This document shows, in pieces, positions 1 through 12,600 of a DNA stretch of 64,000 nucleotides. How positions within the stretch are numbered: position 1 is the first letter of the stretch; each line of letters opens with the position of its first letter. Location: positions 702,585-766,584 of the forward strand of contig RQSC01000027.1 in assembly GCA_013416795.1 (NCBI GenBank), read 5' to 3'. The notes under the pieces are model-generated. The model had not been told where the DNA came from and did no database searches. It saw only the letters and a list, made by a program, of their open reading frames with translations. This DNA is from Prasinococcaceae sp. CCMP 1430 (Eukaryota; Plantae; Prasinodermophyta). The position numbers were made by a program, and so were the translations under genes.

Positions 1-468
1 CCGCGCCGCCGCGAAATATCCGCCGCGCAACCGCCGGGTGGGGGGGAATTTACGGAAGCGCGCGCGCGCGGCGAGCGGCGCGCGGGGCGCTTCTTCCGCG
101 CGGCGCCACAACAGCTACGCGGCGGCCGGGCGGCGCCGCATGCGTTTCGACCAGCGCCGAGAACCGATCACGAAGGGAGCTCTCACAGGACAATATCACC
201 CACGGGAGAGCACCCCCGCGACGGCACGACGGACGTCACACTGACGCTCGGGCCGAGGGCGTCGCAATCGTTCTGATGATGGCGAATCGGGCGAATCAAC
301 GGAAATGATTTCAAAATGCACAAAACCGCGGTTGTGACGCCCAATGGAACCGGAGCCTGCGGCCCGGTGGATGGATGGAGGGCGGGACGGAGGGAGTGTT
401 GCCTCATCACATTGCACTGAGCTGCGGGCCGTGATCAGAACGCATGCGCGCGCGCTCGCCGCGGAAAA

Positions 469-479
469 TTTGGCGGGAA
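469..479. promoter_or_regulatory. E2F-like site (TTTGGCGGGAA)
   Basis: TTTGGCGG on the + strand overlaps TTCCCGCC on the - strand; both fit the E2F consensus WTTSSCSS. It lies upstream of the 592-1319 ORF. Motif match only. Confidence 0.3.
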
Positions 480-530
480 GCGCGACGCGACCCGCGGGCC
501 GCGGGCACAAAAGAGAGCGCGGGGGGGGGN

Positions 531-591
531 NNNNNNNNNNNNNNNNNNNNNNNNNNNNNNNNNNNNNNNNNNNNNNNNNNNNNNNNNNNNN
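531..591. other. Assembly gap (other gaps: 2914-3728, 5727-5743, 7645-8392, single N at 18569 and 30328, 56752-56831)
   Basis: N runs; several are flanked by G or C homopolymers and fall in promoter or 5' regions. Confidence 1.
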
Positions 592-1319
592 CGTCGCCCG
601 CGCGGCGCGGCCGCGCGAGGGCGCCAGCGGGCGCGCTCCCCTCGGATCTCGCAGCGAGCGCCGGCGCTGTCAGCGCCGACGAGGGTTTTAGCTCACCCCC
701 ACGGCGGCGCGCGCGCCTCGTGTCGCGCGCCGGCAAGCGCCGCAAGGTGTGCTTCGCGCAGGCCGAGGCGGCACCTGCCGCAAGCGCGCAGGGGCTGGAA
801 CAGGACCAGGGGGGCGCGCTGTCTGGAGCAGGTCAGCGCCAGGGGGCTGCCGAGACCGATGCAGAGGGGCCTCGAAGCACAGGCTGGGAGACACGTGTAG
901 GGCACATCGACACCCTCTTTGCACGCGGCGCCGAGCTGCTCGAGGGCCGCGAGCTAACGGGGTCGGTCTTTGGCAACGTCACGCGAAGCAAGCGTGTCGA
1001 CTCTGAGGCGCACGGGCGTGCCGGGGCGTCCAGTGGGCCCGGCGCTGCGAGCAAGCAAGCCCTCGTCATCGCCGAGCGGATGCATCGCAACCGCGCGCGA
1101 CTCCTAGAAGGAGACTACTGCGATGCGATGTTCGCTCGTGGCGCGGACCTCCTCGAAGGCCGCCAGCCGACCGGCTCGGTGTTCGGCGCGGTGGCCCGGG
1201 CGCCTGGGCGGTCGGCGGCACCTGCGGGCGCGGCTGGCCGAGGACCTGCGCGGGTCGGCAGCGCACTCGCACTCGCGGGGAGGATGGCGCGCGCGCGCTC
1301 GCGCGGGCCGTGCGCTTAG
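592..1319 (+). CDS. Hypothetical protein with two ~70-aa tandem repeats (5' end in N gap)
   Basis: Open frame runs from the gap to TAG at 1317-1319. The motif FARGA[ED]LLEGRxxTGSVFGxVxR is repeated with synonymous divergence, which supports coding. Confidence 0.55.
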
Positions 1320-1542
1320 CGAGAGTGGCCGCGCGCACGCTCGCTCCCGGGTGTGCCCGTAATATGATGCTGTGAATTTATGCGCCGGCGGCGGGTGCGA
1401 TCGCACGAATTGCGCGACCGCAACAGCGCGATACCAGCGGCGCACGATGCACGCGCGTCTGTCGCCACCCACCCAATACCCCGAACCGCCTCCCACGTTC
1501 GGCTCGTCCGCGCGTTGCATGGCAGCTGGTCCAAGCCATTGC

Positions 1543-2913
1543 TCAGTGCCTATTAGCTTGCGGCGCGGCCCAAGTGTCAGCGCCACGCAGGGGGCTGAGA
1601 CGCGCGGGAGCGGGGGGGGATGCGAGGTGCGGTGCGAGCGCGGGGAGGTGGCGCATGCAACAGACCCGCGCTGGGATCGGGGCGCAGTCGGCAGTGGCGT
1701 GGGGCGCAGAATGCACGACACATACCTGTCGATGTCCTCCAGAATGATGCCCGTGGTGGGCGACATCTGGCGCAGATACTTGAACACCCAGTACTTGAAC
1801 AGCACATCGATGGTCACCGGCACGGTCGCCACGAAGAGCGAGACGAACGTCTCCGACTCCTCCCAGCCGTAGTGCCCGCAGATCCCGTTGACGATGGTGA
1901 TCCAGCCGTCCGAGGAGTGGTAGCCGACGGTGATGTCCGCGCACAGCAGCAGCGTGAACGCCTGCGCGGCGGGCTCCAGGCCGTAGAACTTGTTCTGGAT
2001 GCCCGTCGTGAGGCGCCTCACGCCGGAGCGGTTGAGTGCCAGCAGCAGGGAGGACGAGAAGAACCACGTGGTGTCCGAAATCAGGTTCTCCACCGAGCGC
2101 AGGTTGATCTCGCGCTCGTGTTTCTCGAGCTCGAGCAGCTCGTTCCGGAGGCGATCGGGGGACTCGGACACCGGCGGTGCGCGGCCAGCGATGACGTCGA
2201 ACTGGCGGCCCTTCTCCTCCATCAGCAGCTCGTCGACGGCCTCGCGCTTCTGCTCGGGCGTGAGCGCGAAGGCCGTCTCGTCGACCCTCAAGCGCCGCAG
2301 CATCAAGGGGTGGTACAGCGTCTCGCGCATCACCGTGGAGAACAGCAGCGGCACGGCGATGATCAGGCCGGCGAAGAAGGTCACCTCGCGGTTCTCAGTC
2401 GTCTCGTCCTCGTTCGGCACGTCCGAAGGCGGCGGCGTGTACTGCGTGCCGCCGCGGAACTCGATCAGCTCCTTGTCGGACAGCCAGTCGCTGGGCTCGC
2501 CGAGCTCATTAATGGCGTTGTTGCCCGTGTTGCCACCGCCGAGGATGTCCCTCATCCCGCCGAGGATGTCATTATCGCCCTCCGGTCCCCTTCCCCCGCC
2601 CTCGCCCTTGCCCCCGGCGCCCGGCGTGGCCGCTGCGCGCGGCGCCACCCGCCAGTGCCGCGAGTGATGCCGCAGACCCCAGGGCAGACACTTCAGCTGA
2701 CCCCCCCGCTTCGGCGTCGCGCTCGCCGCCGAGCGCACCCCCCGCACCACGCCCCTCCTCGCGCGGATCGCTGCCGCCCGCGCGCTGCTTAGCAAAATCG
2801 CTGCACATCGCCGCAGTTGCAGCGCGCCGCCCACCCCCGTCGCCGGCGCCGGCGGCGCGAAGCCGCGGCCTAGCGCTAGCACCGCCGCCGCCCCGCAGCT
2901 ACTCCCATCGCCC
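1543..2913 (-). CDS. cemA: Nuclear-encoded CemA/Ycf10-like plastid envelope protein (DLDG1-like); 5' end in gap; intron 1725-1550
   Basis: CemA motifs AFTLLLCADITVGYHSSDGW and FVATVPVTIDVLFKYWVFKYLRQMSP. Donor ag|GTATGT at 1725 and acceptor at 1551-1550 give a DIDRH* C-terminus. Confidence 0.85.
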
Positions 2914-3728
2914 NNNNNNNNNNNNNNNNNNNNNNNNNNNNNNNNNNNNNNNNNNNNNNNNNNNNNNNNNNNNNNNNNNNNNNNNNNNNNNNNNNNNNNN
3001 NNNNNNNNNNNNNNNNNNNNNNNNNNNNNNNNNNNNNNNNNNNNNNNNNNNNNNNNNNNNNNNNNNNNNNNNNNNNNNNNNNNNNNNNNNNNNNNNNNNN
3101 NNNNNNNNNNNNNNNNNNNNNNNNNNNNNNNNNNNNNNNNNNNNNNNNNNNNNNNNNNNNNNNNNNNNNNNNNNNNNNNNNNNNNNNNNNNNNNNNNNNN
3201 NNNNNNNNNNNNNNNNNNNNNNNNNNNNNNNNNNNNNNNNNNNNNNNNNNNNNNNNNNNNNNNNNNNNNNNNNNNNNNNNNNNNNNNNNNNNNNNNNNNN
3301 NNNNNNNNNNNNNNNNNNNNNNNNNNNNNNNNNNNNNNNNNNNNNNNNNNNNNNNNNNNNNNNNNNNNNNNNNNNNNNNNNNNNNNNNNNNNNNNNNNNN
3401 NNNNNNNNNNNNNNNNNNNNNNNNNNNNNNNNNNNNNNNNNNNNNNNNNNNNNNNNNNNNNNNNNNNNNNNNNNNNNNNNNNNNNNNNNNNNNNNNNNNN
3501 NNNNNNNNNNNNNNNNNNNNNNNNNNNNNNNNNNNNNNNNNNNNNNNNNNNNNNNNNNNNNNNNNNNNNNNNNNNNNNNNNNNNNNNNNNNNNNNNNNNN
3601 NNNNNNNNNNNNNNNNNNNNNNNNNNNNNNNNNNNNNNNNNNNNNNNNNNNNNNNNNNNNNNNNNNNNNNNNNNNNNNNNNNNNNNNNNNNNNNNNNNNN
3701 NNNNNNNNNNNNNNNNNNNNNNNNNNNN

Positions 3729-4281
3729 GCGTCGTCGTGGGTCGGGCGGTACACGCCAAACACGGGCGCGACGGGCGGCCGCGGCCGCGTACGAGCCGTC
3801 GCCCGTCGACCCGGCGGTGGTGCGCAACCAGCTCGCCGTGCTCGGCGCCATCGGCGCGTGCACGGCGTACTGGTGGTTCGTGCTCGTGCCTGGCGCGCGC
3901 GTGAAGCTCGCGGTCAACAAGCGCTCGGGCGCGCTCGGCAAGTACCTCAAGGAGCTCGCGGCGGACGACTCGCCCGACCGCGCGGCCGAGCGATGGTTCT
4001 ACTCGACGTGGCTCAGCAAGATCGACCCCGAGACGCGCTACCTGCTGCGTGACGAGGACCTCGATGGCATGCCGCTCGACGGCGCCGCGGAGGCGCGCAC
4101 GACGCTGGGCGAGAGCGGCGGCGTGAGCGGAGCGCGCGAGGGCGAGACGCTCCAGGACGTCATCAACGCCGCCAAGCGCACGCCTGACTTCTGGTCGCTC
4201 GACAACCCCGTGCTCACAGGCACGGCTGCCACCATCGGCGCGGGCGCGCTACTTGGGCTGCTCTCGGGCGGCGGCAGGTAG
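3729..4281 (+). CDS. Hypothetical membrane protein, probably plastid-localised; 5' end in gap
   Basis: Strong C/G third-position bias. Hydrophobic segments LAVLGAIGACTAYWWFVLVP and VLTGTAATIGAGALLGLL; motifs ERWFYSTWL and FWSLDNP. Confidence 0.7.
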
Positions 4282-4593
4282 CGAGAGCGCACGCGCGCGC
4301 TCGTGCGCTTCGTCTCCCTTCGTTGTATCATAACGTGTGTTACTACCGCGACGGCCGTGGCGTCGGCGCTGCCATGCCCCAGCCGCGGCGCACCGCGCAG
4401 TCCTCTCGCCGCCGTTCGCGACGCCCGCGCGCGCCGGCCATCCGCCGGCGGGTCGCGACCATCGGGCCGGACGGACGCGAGACGACCCCGTGAAGGCAGC
4501 GCCCTGCGTCGCCGCGTGCTCCGACGCGCGCGCGAGCTACGCATTGAGCGCGCGCCAGGCCGGCCCGCCGTCTTCGGACGCAGCTGGGCTGGG

Positions 4594-5827
4594 TCATGCG
4601 ATGCCCTTCCTGCGCTTCTCATCGTCCGTGACCGCATGGTTCTCGAGGAAAATGGCGTCGCCATCCTTGGTGGCCTGGACGATGACGTCCGGGTTGACGC
4701 CCGCGTCGTTGAGCATCTTGAGCGCTGACATCTGCGCGCGTTTTGGCGACCGCGCGCGGCGACAGGGTCGCATTAGCTACGCGGCGGACCCAGGAGGCGT
4801 CTGCGCGCTCCCGCGCACCGGGCTCGCGCGGCGCGCGGCGAGCGCGGCCCATCGCACGCACCTTGAAGCCCGGGTCGCCGCCGTCGAAGACGATGGCCGC
4901 CGTTGCGTCCGGGTCGTACTCGAGGTCGTCCGCATCGAAGGCGTCCTGCAGCGCGTGCGCGCCACCCGCCCGCTTGACCGGGTGCACATCCACGTGGTAC
5001 GCGTTCGCCCAGTTGGCGTGCCTGTCGGCGTACGCCAGCGAGCCGTCCTGCTCCTCGCGCTGGTAGAGGCGCACGGCCTCGCGCATGTGGAAGCACAGCC
5101 CGCGGTCCGAGGCGCCGCACTCGATGAGCGCCTTGGCGGAGGAGATGCCCTCGCCGTTGGCACAGATGAGCACCGTCGGGTAGCCGAATATGAACTGCAT
5201 GGGGCGAAAAGACATGCCCATGCCCGCAAACGGGCCCGTCTCGACCTTGTCGCCCGGCTCGAGGCCGTAGAGCGCGCGGTGGCGCGCGGAGTCCACGCGA
5301 AGCGTAACCTCGGTGAGGGTGCTCACGGGCTCGAGCTGCACCTTGGAATCGGACGCCGCGATGTCGCCGCGCAGCCGGTCGAGCGACTCCTCGTACACCT
5401 CGACGGGCGGCGGCGCCGACGAGATCGGCACCTGCGCGCCGGCGCCGTTCGCGCCCGCCGCGCGCACGGTCGCGCGCTGCCCGACCTGCTTGTACGCCTG
5501 CGTGAGAGGCACGAGCTCGCGGCTCACCTCGGCGAGCACAGTGACGTCGCGCACGCTCTTGGTGACCTGCTCCACGCGCACGACCTCCGCCTCGAAGTAG
5601 CGCGGCGTCTTCGTGTCCACCTCGGTGGCCATGTTGCCCATGGCGGCCTCGAACTTGTCCGCGGCCGATTCGGCCTTTGCCGCCGCGAGCGCGCGCGCGC
5701 GGCGCGCGCGCCGCCCTGCGCGCGGCNNNNNNNNNNNNNNNNNCCCCCCCCCCCCCTCCTTCCCCTGCTGCGCGGCGCCGCCTGCGCGCCCGCCAGGTCA
5801 CCAACCCAAACCCCACCCAGCGCCATC
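4594..5827 (-). CDS. FAD/NAD(P)-binding FNR-like oxidoreductase (pKIWI502-like), two exons; start uncertain because of the gap at 5727-5743
   Basis: FR-type fold features (EVVRVEQVT, GPFAGMG, TVLICANGEGISSAKALIE). Intron ~4859-4737 (GTGCGT...CAG). Last exon ends RRKGIA* at 4594. Confidence 0.7.
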
Positions 5828-6148
5828 CCACCGCACACCGAACGCCATCCTCATCAAAAAGCGCCAAAATCAGGTGACATACAGACCCTTCTTGTAAAAC
5901 CTCAATTATGCGCCGCGCCCGAAAAGCGCGCTCGTCTCGTCCTTATCGCGTCCGCACGCGTGGCGCGGGGCCGCGCGGAGCGCCGGGGATTCGCGCGGAT
6001 CCCCGCGATTCGTCGCACCATAATGCAGGCGCGCGGACGTCTTCCCAAAAATTCGTGACGAATTTCAGATGGGGCGGACCGCGCGGAAATATCTGCCCGC
6101 CGCGCGCGCGCTCGCGAGGCGCGACGGCCGGCGGCGGCGCGATTCGGC

Positions 6149-6186
6149 TTTGGGTTACGGTATTTAGGGTAAAATTTATAGGGTTA
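6149..6186. promoter_or_regulatory. AT-rich telo-box-like island
   Basis: TTTGGGTTA, TTTAGGGTA and ATAGGGTT within 40 bp of an otherwise GC-rich intergenic region. Confidence 0.45.
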
Positions 6187-6193
6187 ATGTTCC

Positions 6194-6454
6194 ATGCCGC
6201 CGCGCCGCGCGCGCCCCGCGCGCTGCGCGCGCTGGCCGCCCCTCGGCGCTCTCGCGTGGGACGGCGAGGACGCCGAGGCCTTGCAGTCGCCCTGCGCGCT
6301 CGGAGCGGGAGCGTCGGACGAGGAGCTGCAGGAGCCCTGGAGGCTCGACGGTCCGGTGGAGGGTCGGGGCCTGGAGGTGCTCGCAGGGGGGAACGGGCGT
6401 GGAAGCATGCTCGTGCGCGTGCGCTCGCGCGCGTGCGCGCACGAGCGGACATGA
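6194..6454 (+). CDS. Possible small hypothetical gene, possibly spliced toward ~6650
   Basis: Coding-like codon usage (WDGEDAEALQ, SDEELQEPWRLDGPVEG) directly downstream of the telo-box island; candidate GTGCGC donor near 6413. Confidence 0.3.
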   Translation: MPPRRARPARCARWPPLGALAWDGEDAEALQSPCALGAGASDEELQEPWRLDGPVEGRGLEVLAGGNGRGSMLVRVRSRACAHERT

Positions 6455-6680
6455 AGCTGTCGAACGGCCGTACTGTAGTACGGATGCAGGCGCGAGGCGC
6501 GAGACGCTCCGCGGGGGGAGGGGCTGCGTGATGGAGGTGGGGTGGTGGGGTGGTGGGGCGGCGGCGGCGTGCTGCTGCTGCTGCCTTGGACGCGCACCGT
6601 CGATATTATTAGGCCGCTGCGGCGGCGCGGGCCGCTCGCCGCGTATTAGTCCGGTGCTCTCCGAGCTGCGTGGCCGGCAA

Positions 6681-7490
6681 CTATTTCTTCCGCTCGCGCT
6701 TCCACTTGTGCACGTTTGCCTTGGCGCCGGTTCCGGGCGCCAGCTCCTTCGCCCTGAGCTTGCGCTTGCGCCCGCCGCCCATGAGCTCCTTCTGGTACAC
6801 CATCTGCTCGGCGGTCCTCCGCAGCTTGTCCTCCCTCTCGGCGGCCTCGGCGAGCTCGCGGTAGGCGGCCGCGCGCCGCCGCTCGGTCTCCTTGCGCGCC
6901 TTGGGGTCGGCCGCCACGGCCGCGCCCCCGACGACCAGCGACGCGTTCGCGAGCTGCGCGTTGCGGGGCCGGTTGAAGCGCCGGCCGAGCAGCTCGGCGG
7001 GCGTGTCGAGCGCCTTGGCCGCGTCGAAGGCGTCCGCCTCCTCCTCGGTCTCGACGAACAGCGTGTGCTTGTTCTTCGGCTTGCCCTTGGCGTCGCCCTT
7101 GGCGCCGCCCAGCATGTGCAGCTGCGACTGGAGGCGCTCGAGCCTCTTCTTCTCGGCGAGACGCGCAGTCGTGACGTATCCGACGTCCTGCGTTTTCATG
7201 AGGCGGAGCTCGCCCTGGGTGTACTTGTTCGCCTGCGCGGTCTCCACCTGGTGCACGCCGTCCTTCGTCCGGGAGTTGACCATCCCGAAGTTGAACTCGT
7301 CCTCGTTGCGCATGGCCGCCTTCTCGCGCAGCGCCTTGATGGCATTCTCCTTCCTGTGGTAGTCCCTCGCGCGCTTGAGGTAGTCGCCCTTCTTCTCGAG
7401 CAGCCCATGCTTGCGCCTGTCCGCCGGCTGCGAGCGCTCCTTGTGGGTCTTGCGCTTGACCGCGTTGCGCAGAGACGCCGCCCCCGACAT
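6681..7490 (-). CDS. UTP11: U3 snoRNA-associated protein 11 (SSU processome)
   Basis: LRNAVKRKTHKERSQP, GLLEKKGDYLKRARDYHRKE, RNEDEFNFGM, LMKTQDVGY, VHKWKRERKK. Confidence 0.95.
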   Translation of the reverse strand: MSGAASLRNAVKRKTHKERSQPADRRKHGLLEKKGDYLKRARDYHRKENAIKALREKAAMRNEDEFNFGMVNSRTKDGVHQVETAQANKYTQGELRLMKTQDVGYVTTARLAEKKRLERLQSQLHMLGGAKGDAKGKPKNKHTLFVETEEEADAFDAAKALDTPAELLGRRFNRPRNAQLANASLVVGGAAVAADPKARKETERRRAAAYRELAEAAEREDKLRRTAEQMVYQKELMGGGRKRKLRAKELAPGTGAKANVHKWKRERKK

Positions 7491-8674
7491 GGCGGCGCGC
7501 GCTGCTGCCGCTGCCGCCTCCTGCTACCGTACCCCTAGCGCGGAAACGCGAGCGCCGCCGCGGCCCGCAGCCCGCCGGCCTCAACCCGGCTCCGCGGACG
7601 CCTCCAGGGACGACGGGGACGACGACGCTGCCGACGGCGGCGACNNNNNNNNNNNNNNNNNNNNNNNNNNNNNNNNNNNNNNNNNNNNNNNNNNNNNNNN
7701 NNNNNNNNNNNNNNNNNNNNNNNNNNNNNNNNNNNNNNNNNNNNNNNNNNNNNNNNNNNNNNNNNNNNNNNNNNNNNNNNNNNNNNNNNNNNNNNNNNNN
7801 NNNNNNNNNNNNNNNNNNNNNNNNNNNNNNNNNNNNNNNNNNNNNNNNNNNNNNNNNNNNNNNNNNNNNNNNNNNNNNNNNNNNNNNNNNNNNNNNNNNN
7901 NNNNNNNNNNNNNNNNNNNNNNNNNNNNNNNNNNNNNNNNNNNNNNNNNNNNNNNNNNNNNNNNNNNNNNNNNNNNNNNNNNNNNNNNNNNNNNNNNNNN
8001 NNNNNNNNNNNNNNNNNNNNNNNNNNNNNNNNNNNNNNNNNNNNNNNNNNNNNNNNNNNNNNNNNNNNNNNNNNNNNNNNNNNNNNNNNNNNNNNNNNNN
8101 NNNNNNNNNNNNNNNNNNNNNNNNNNNNNNNNNNNNNNNNNNNNNNNNNNNNNNNNNNNNNNNNNNNNNNNNNNNNNNNNNNNNNNNNNNNNNNNNNNNN
8201 NNNNNNNNNNNNNNNNNNNNNNNNNNNNNNNNNNNNNNNNNNNNNNNNNNNNNNNNNNNNNNNNNNNNNNNNNNNNNNNNNNNNNNNNNNNNNNNNNNNN
8301 NNNNNNNNNNNNNNNNNNNNNNNNNNNNNNNNNNNNNNNNNNNNNNNNNNNNNNNNNNNNNNNNNNNNNNNNNNNNNNNNNNNNNNNNNNNNGGGCGGCA
8401 GACCGCGCGCGGCGCCTCGGGCGCCGCGGGCTGCGCGCGCGGCGGTCCTCAAGGGATCGAGGGGGGCTGTGGGGGGTAGCGCGGAGGGGGCCCAGCCGGA
8501 GAGGGTGATACGCCCGGCCTGCGCGGCATGGCGTCGCGCGCGGGCGGCGCTGTGAGGGCCGGCGCTGACTCTGCTGCCGCCCCTGCCGCGAACCTTCCGC
8601 GCGGCTGTGTTCCCGCCTGGACGTACCGCACACACCATCGCGCCCGCCCCCGCTGTGCGCCCCCGCCTGTGCAG

Positions 8675-9409
8675 ATGCCGAAGCCGGTGCCGGAGTCCGT
8701 CCTCAAGAAGCGCAAGAGGAACGAGCAGTGGGCGGCCGACAAGCTCAAGGCCAAGGAGGCCACCCGCGCCAAGGCCAAGGCCGCTCGCGCGGACATCTTC
8801 AAGCGCGCCGAGTCGTACGTGAAGGAGTACCGCGCGCAGGAGGCTGACCTCATCCGCCTCAAGCGCGAGGCGCGCGCGAAGGGCGGCTTCTACGTGCCGG
8901 ATGAGGCCAAGATCGTGTTCGTGATGCGCATCCGCGGCCTCAACGACATGCACCCGAAGACCAAGAAGGTGCTGCAGATCCTGCGCCTGCGCCAGATCCA
9001 CAACGGCGTGTTCCTCCGCGTGAACAAGCCGGTGATGAACATGCTGCGCATCGTGGAGCCGTACATCACCTACGGCTACCCCTCGCTGAAGACCGTGCGC
9101 GAGCTCATCTACAAGCGCGGCTACGGCAAGGTCGGCGCGGGCAAGCAGCGCATCCCGCTCACCGAGAACCAGATCATCGAGAAGGAGCTCGGTGAGAAGA
9201 CCGAGGGCCGCATCATCTGCATTGAGGACGTCATCCACGAGATCTACACCGCGGGCCCGCACTTCAAGCAGGTGTCCAACTTCCTGTGGCCCTTCAAGCT
9301 GTCGGCGCCGCTGGGCGGCTACACCCAGAAGCGCACGCACTACATCGAGGGCGGCGAGGCCGGTCAGCGGGAGGAGGCGATCAACGCGCTGGTGCGCCGC
9401 ATGAACTAA
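8675..9409 (+). CDS. RPL7: 60S ribosomal protein L7 (uL30)
   Basis: [59 protein letters not shown] at 8675 directly follows a CAG, so an upstream intron is possible. Confidence 0.97.
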   Translation: MPKPVPESVLKKRKRNEQWAADKLKAKEATRAKAKAARADIFKRAESYVKEYRAQEADLIRLKREARAKGGFYVPDEAKIVFVMRIRGLNDMHPKTKKVLQILRLRQIHNGVFLRVNKPVMNMLRIVEPYITYGYPSLKTVRELIYKRGYGKVGAGKQRIPLTENQIIEKELGEKTEGRIICIEDVIHEIYTAGPHFKQVSNFLWPFKLSAPLGGYTQKRTHYIEGGEAGQREEAINALVRRMN

Positions 9410-9629
9410 GCGGCTCGCGCGCGCGTCCTCGGGGTCGCCGACCCCGCCGGGCTGTGGGGGCTCGTGACAGCTCACACCGGCGAGCGGCAGGCGCCGCGCT
9501 GCCTGCTACTCGACCATTTAATCATTCTGCTGTCTCGTACCTCCCCCCCCCCCTCGCCCCTTTGGCGCGCAGGCGCGACTGCGGCGCCGCCGGGTGCGCG
9601 GCGAGGGGCGCGTAGCGTATTGTTACGGC

Positions 9630-12600
9630 CTAGGGCTTGAACGCCGCGCGCGCCTTGTCGAGGACGTCAGTCTTGATGCCCTTGTACGCGGGGAAAGTCT
9701 TGAGCACCTTGTGGGCAACGTTGACGGCGTCGACGTACCGCTTGGCCTTGAGGTAGTTCCAGCCCAGCTTGTAGCCAACCTGGGGGCTGGCCTGCGACGA
9801 GTACTTCCAGGCGTTCTCGTAGTGCTCGGCGGCATCGGCGTACGAGAGCTCCTTCTCCATGACGAGACCCATGTACTCCCAAGCCTGCGCGGAGCTCTTG
9901 TTGTACTTGAGCGCGCGCCGGCAGAGCTCCTGCGCCAGGTCGTACTTCCCTCCCTCGATGTGCACCTGCGCAAGCAGCAGCCATGCGCGCTCGAAGTTTT
10001 CCGCGTGCTTGACACTGTACGGCATCTTCTGGATGCGCTTGAGGAAGTTGCGGGCCTTCGGAAGCTGGCCGAGCAGTGCATGGGCGTTTCCGATGGCCAG
10101 CAGCACGCCCACGTCGTGCGCGTCCTCCTGAGCGTACTCGAGCAGGCGCTGCAGCGCCGCGCTCACGTCCGATTCGGTGCGGCGCGCCATGAGAGTCATC
10201 GCCTCCAGCACAACATGCTTCCCGCTTTTGCGCGCGGCCCCGCGCACCTCGAGCAGCAGGCGCTCTGCTGCCAGCAGCGCGCCCTCGTCGACTTCCTCGG
10301 CAGCAGGGTCTCCAAGCGCAGCGTCGAATGCTGAGAATGACCCGTCAGGATTGAGATAGATCATGACCATCAGGTATATGGCGTGCGTGCCCCACTCGCC
10401 ATCTTGGCGAGCGGCATTGAGCTCCTTCAGCGCCTTGGCAGGGTCGTTCTGATATTGCGCGAGCAAGCCGCGCGCGTAGCGCAGGCCGCCCAGGCGCACG
10501 CCGCGCGGCGCGTTGCGCTCCGCAGAGGCGATGACCTTAGGGGCCTCCTCCAGACGACCTGCGCGGTGGAGCGTCTGCACAAGGCTCACCAGCGCGCCGT
10601 GGTGTCCCGGTGATCGCTCGAGCAGCTGCTCGTAGTGGTAGACGGCCGTCTCGTAGTTCTCCTTCTGCAGCATGATCTCCGCCAGCATGAGCGAGCCCTC
10701 CTCGTCAGTGGCATTGACGCGCAGCAGCGCGGCGCACTGCGCCTGGCAGGAGTCGATGTCACCCTTCGCCAGGGACAGGCGCGCGCACGCGCGCAGCACA
10801 CGCGGGCTGCCTTCCTGCCACTTCAGAGCCTCCTGGTAGCTCTGCAGTGCACCTGCAGTGTCGCGCAGTCGCTCGTGCTCTTGCCCCATGCAGTACAGGA
10901 TGTCGCACATTCTCTCGCGTGCGGCGTCTGTCGCCTCCGACCCCGAACCTGACTCAGAGCGCAGCGCCTTCACCAGCTCGTCCTGTTCGCTCTGCGCCTG
11001 CTTGTAGTGTTCAAGCGCAGCGGACGCGCTGCCTGCGGCCTTGAGCATCTTGCCCATGGTGATGATCGTGGACACCCGCGTCTCGATAGACTTGGGGTCG
11101 CTGCCCTGCCCGACGCGGCCCATCAGGCCCTTGAGCGTTGCGTCGCACCGCTCGAAGCGGCCGAGCTTGGTGTAGAGCTCGGCGAGCTCGAGGTGCATCG
11201 ACACTGCTCCCCCTTCGGCCCGGCAGGCGGCCTCGTAAAAGTCCACCGCGCGGCCATAGTCATGCGAGGCCACCAGCGCGCGCCCCACGCGGCTTGCGAG
11301 CCCCGCGTCGCGCGGTGCACGCTCGAGCGCGCGCTCGAATGCCGCGATGGCGCGCTCGGGCTCCTGCACGCGCATGAGGGCCTCGCCGAGCATGATGAAT
11401 TGCGGCGCTTCAGGCTTGGCCTCAGCAATGTCCTCGTAGCACGAGCAGTACGCCTCGCGGTCGCGCTTGTGTTTGAGGTACACTTCGGCCATCGCCGCTC
11501 GAGCGCGTGCGTAAAACGGCGACGCCCGAGGGATGCCGCGAAGCATGCTGAGCGCGCTTTCCGGGTCACCCCTGTGCAATGACAGCTCGCAATTGGAAAT
11601 GTGCACGCGCATCTCCTGCACTGTGCCTGCGAAGAGCGTCAACGCACCCTGTAGCACATCCGAGGCCTCGCCCAGCTTCCCCAGCGTGCCCAGCACGTCC
11701 GCGTGCAGGAGCAGCAGCGAGCAGCTTTCACCCGCGCTCACCCCATCCGTGCCACCGCGCGCCACGCCGGGCACCAGCGTGGCCGCTTTGAGCACCCTGG
11801 CAGCCTCGTCGAATTGGCCGGACTCCTTGAGGACCTGTGCACGCACAAGGGCGTACTGAGGGGAGTCGCGCACAGAAAAGTCGTGCGAGAGCGCCTGCTC
11901 GAGCGCCGCGGCCGCCGCACGCGGCTTGCCCTGCGCGAGGGCCACGCGCGCGGCCAGCAGGTGGCTCCGTGCGTGGTTTGGGTTCAGTCGCAGGCATGTC
12001 GCGCACAGCGAGTGCGCCGCATCCAGCCTCCCCGCCAGAAAGGTCGCATTGCCCAGCGCTAGCTGTGCCGATAGCATGCCCGGCACGCTCTTGGAAACGA
12101 CCTCGAGGAGAGAGATGGCCTTGCCCACGAGGGGGTCAACTGCCTCGGAGCCGGTGCGCGGCTCCGAGCCTGCGCCCTCGAGGTAGCACGCCGCCATCTC
12201 GAGCAGGAGGGCCGCGTCCAAGTCTGTGTAGTAGGCGTAGCCAGTTTGGCGCCCCCGCAGCGCACGGAGATGAAGACCCGCGGCTTCGTCGAGGCGCGCG
12301 GCCGCACCGCTCACATCTCCACCGCGTCGCCACGCCAGCATGGCGCTGAGCAGCCCTGCACTGGTTGGCACAGCCCCAGCGCCATCTGTGCCATTGTCTA
12401 CGCCCCCCCCGCCGAGACTGGCCTGCATTTCTTCCAGAAATTCGAGCTGCGACGCCGCGCTGTCCAGATCGCCGCGCTTGATCTGCACACGGATGGCGCC
12501 GAGCATGGCGTCGAAGTTCATCTCGTTCTCGACGCCTGCCTGCGCATACAGCTCTGCTGCGCCGGCAAGGTCGCCGCTCAATTCGCGTAGGCGCGCCTGC

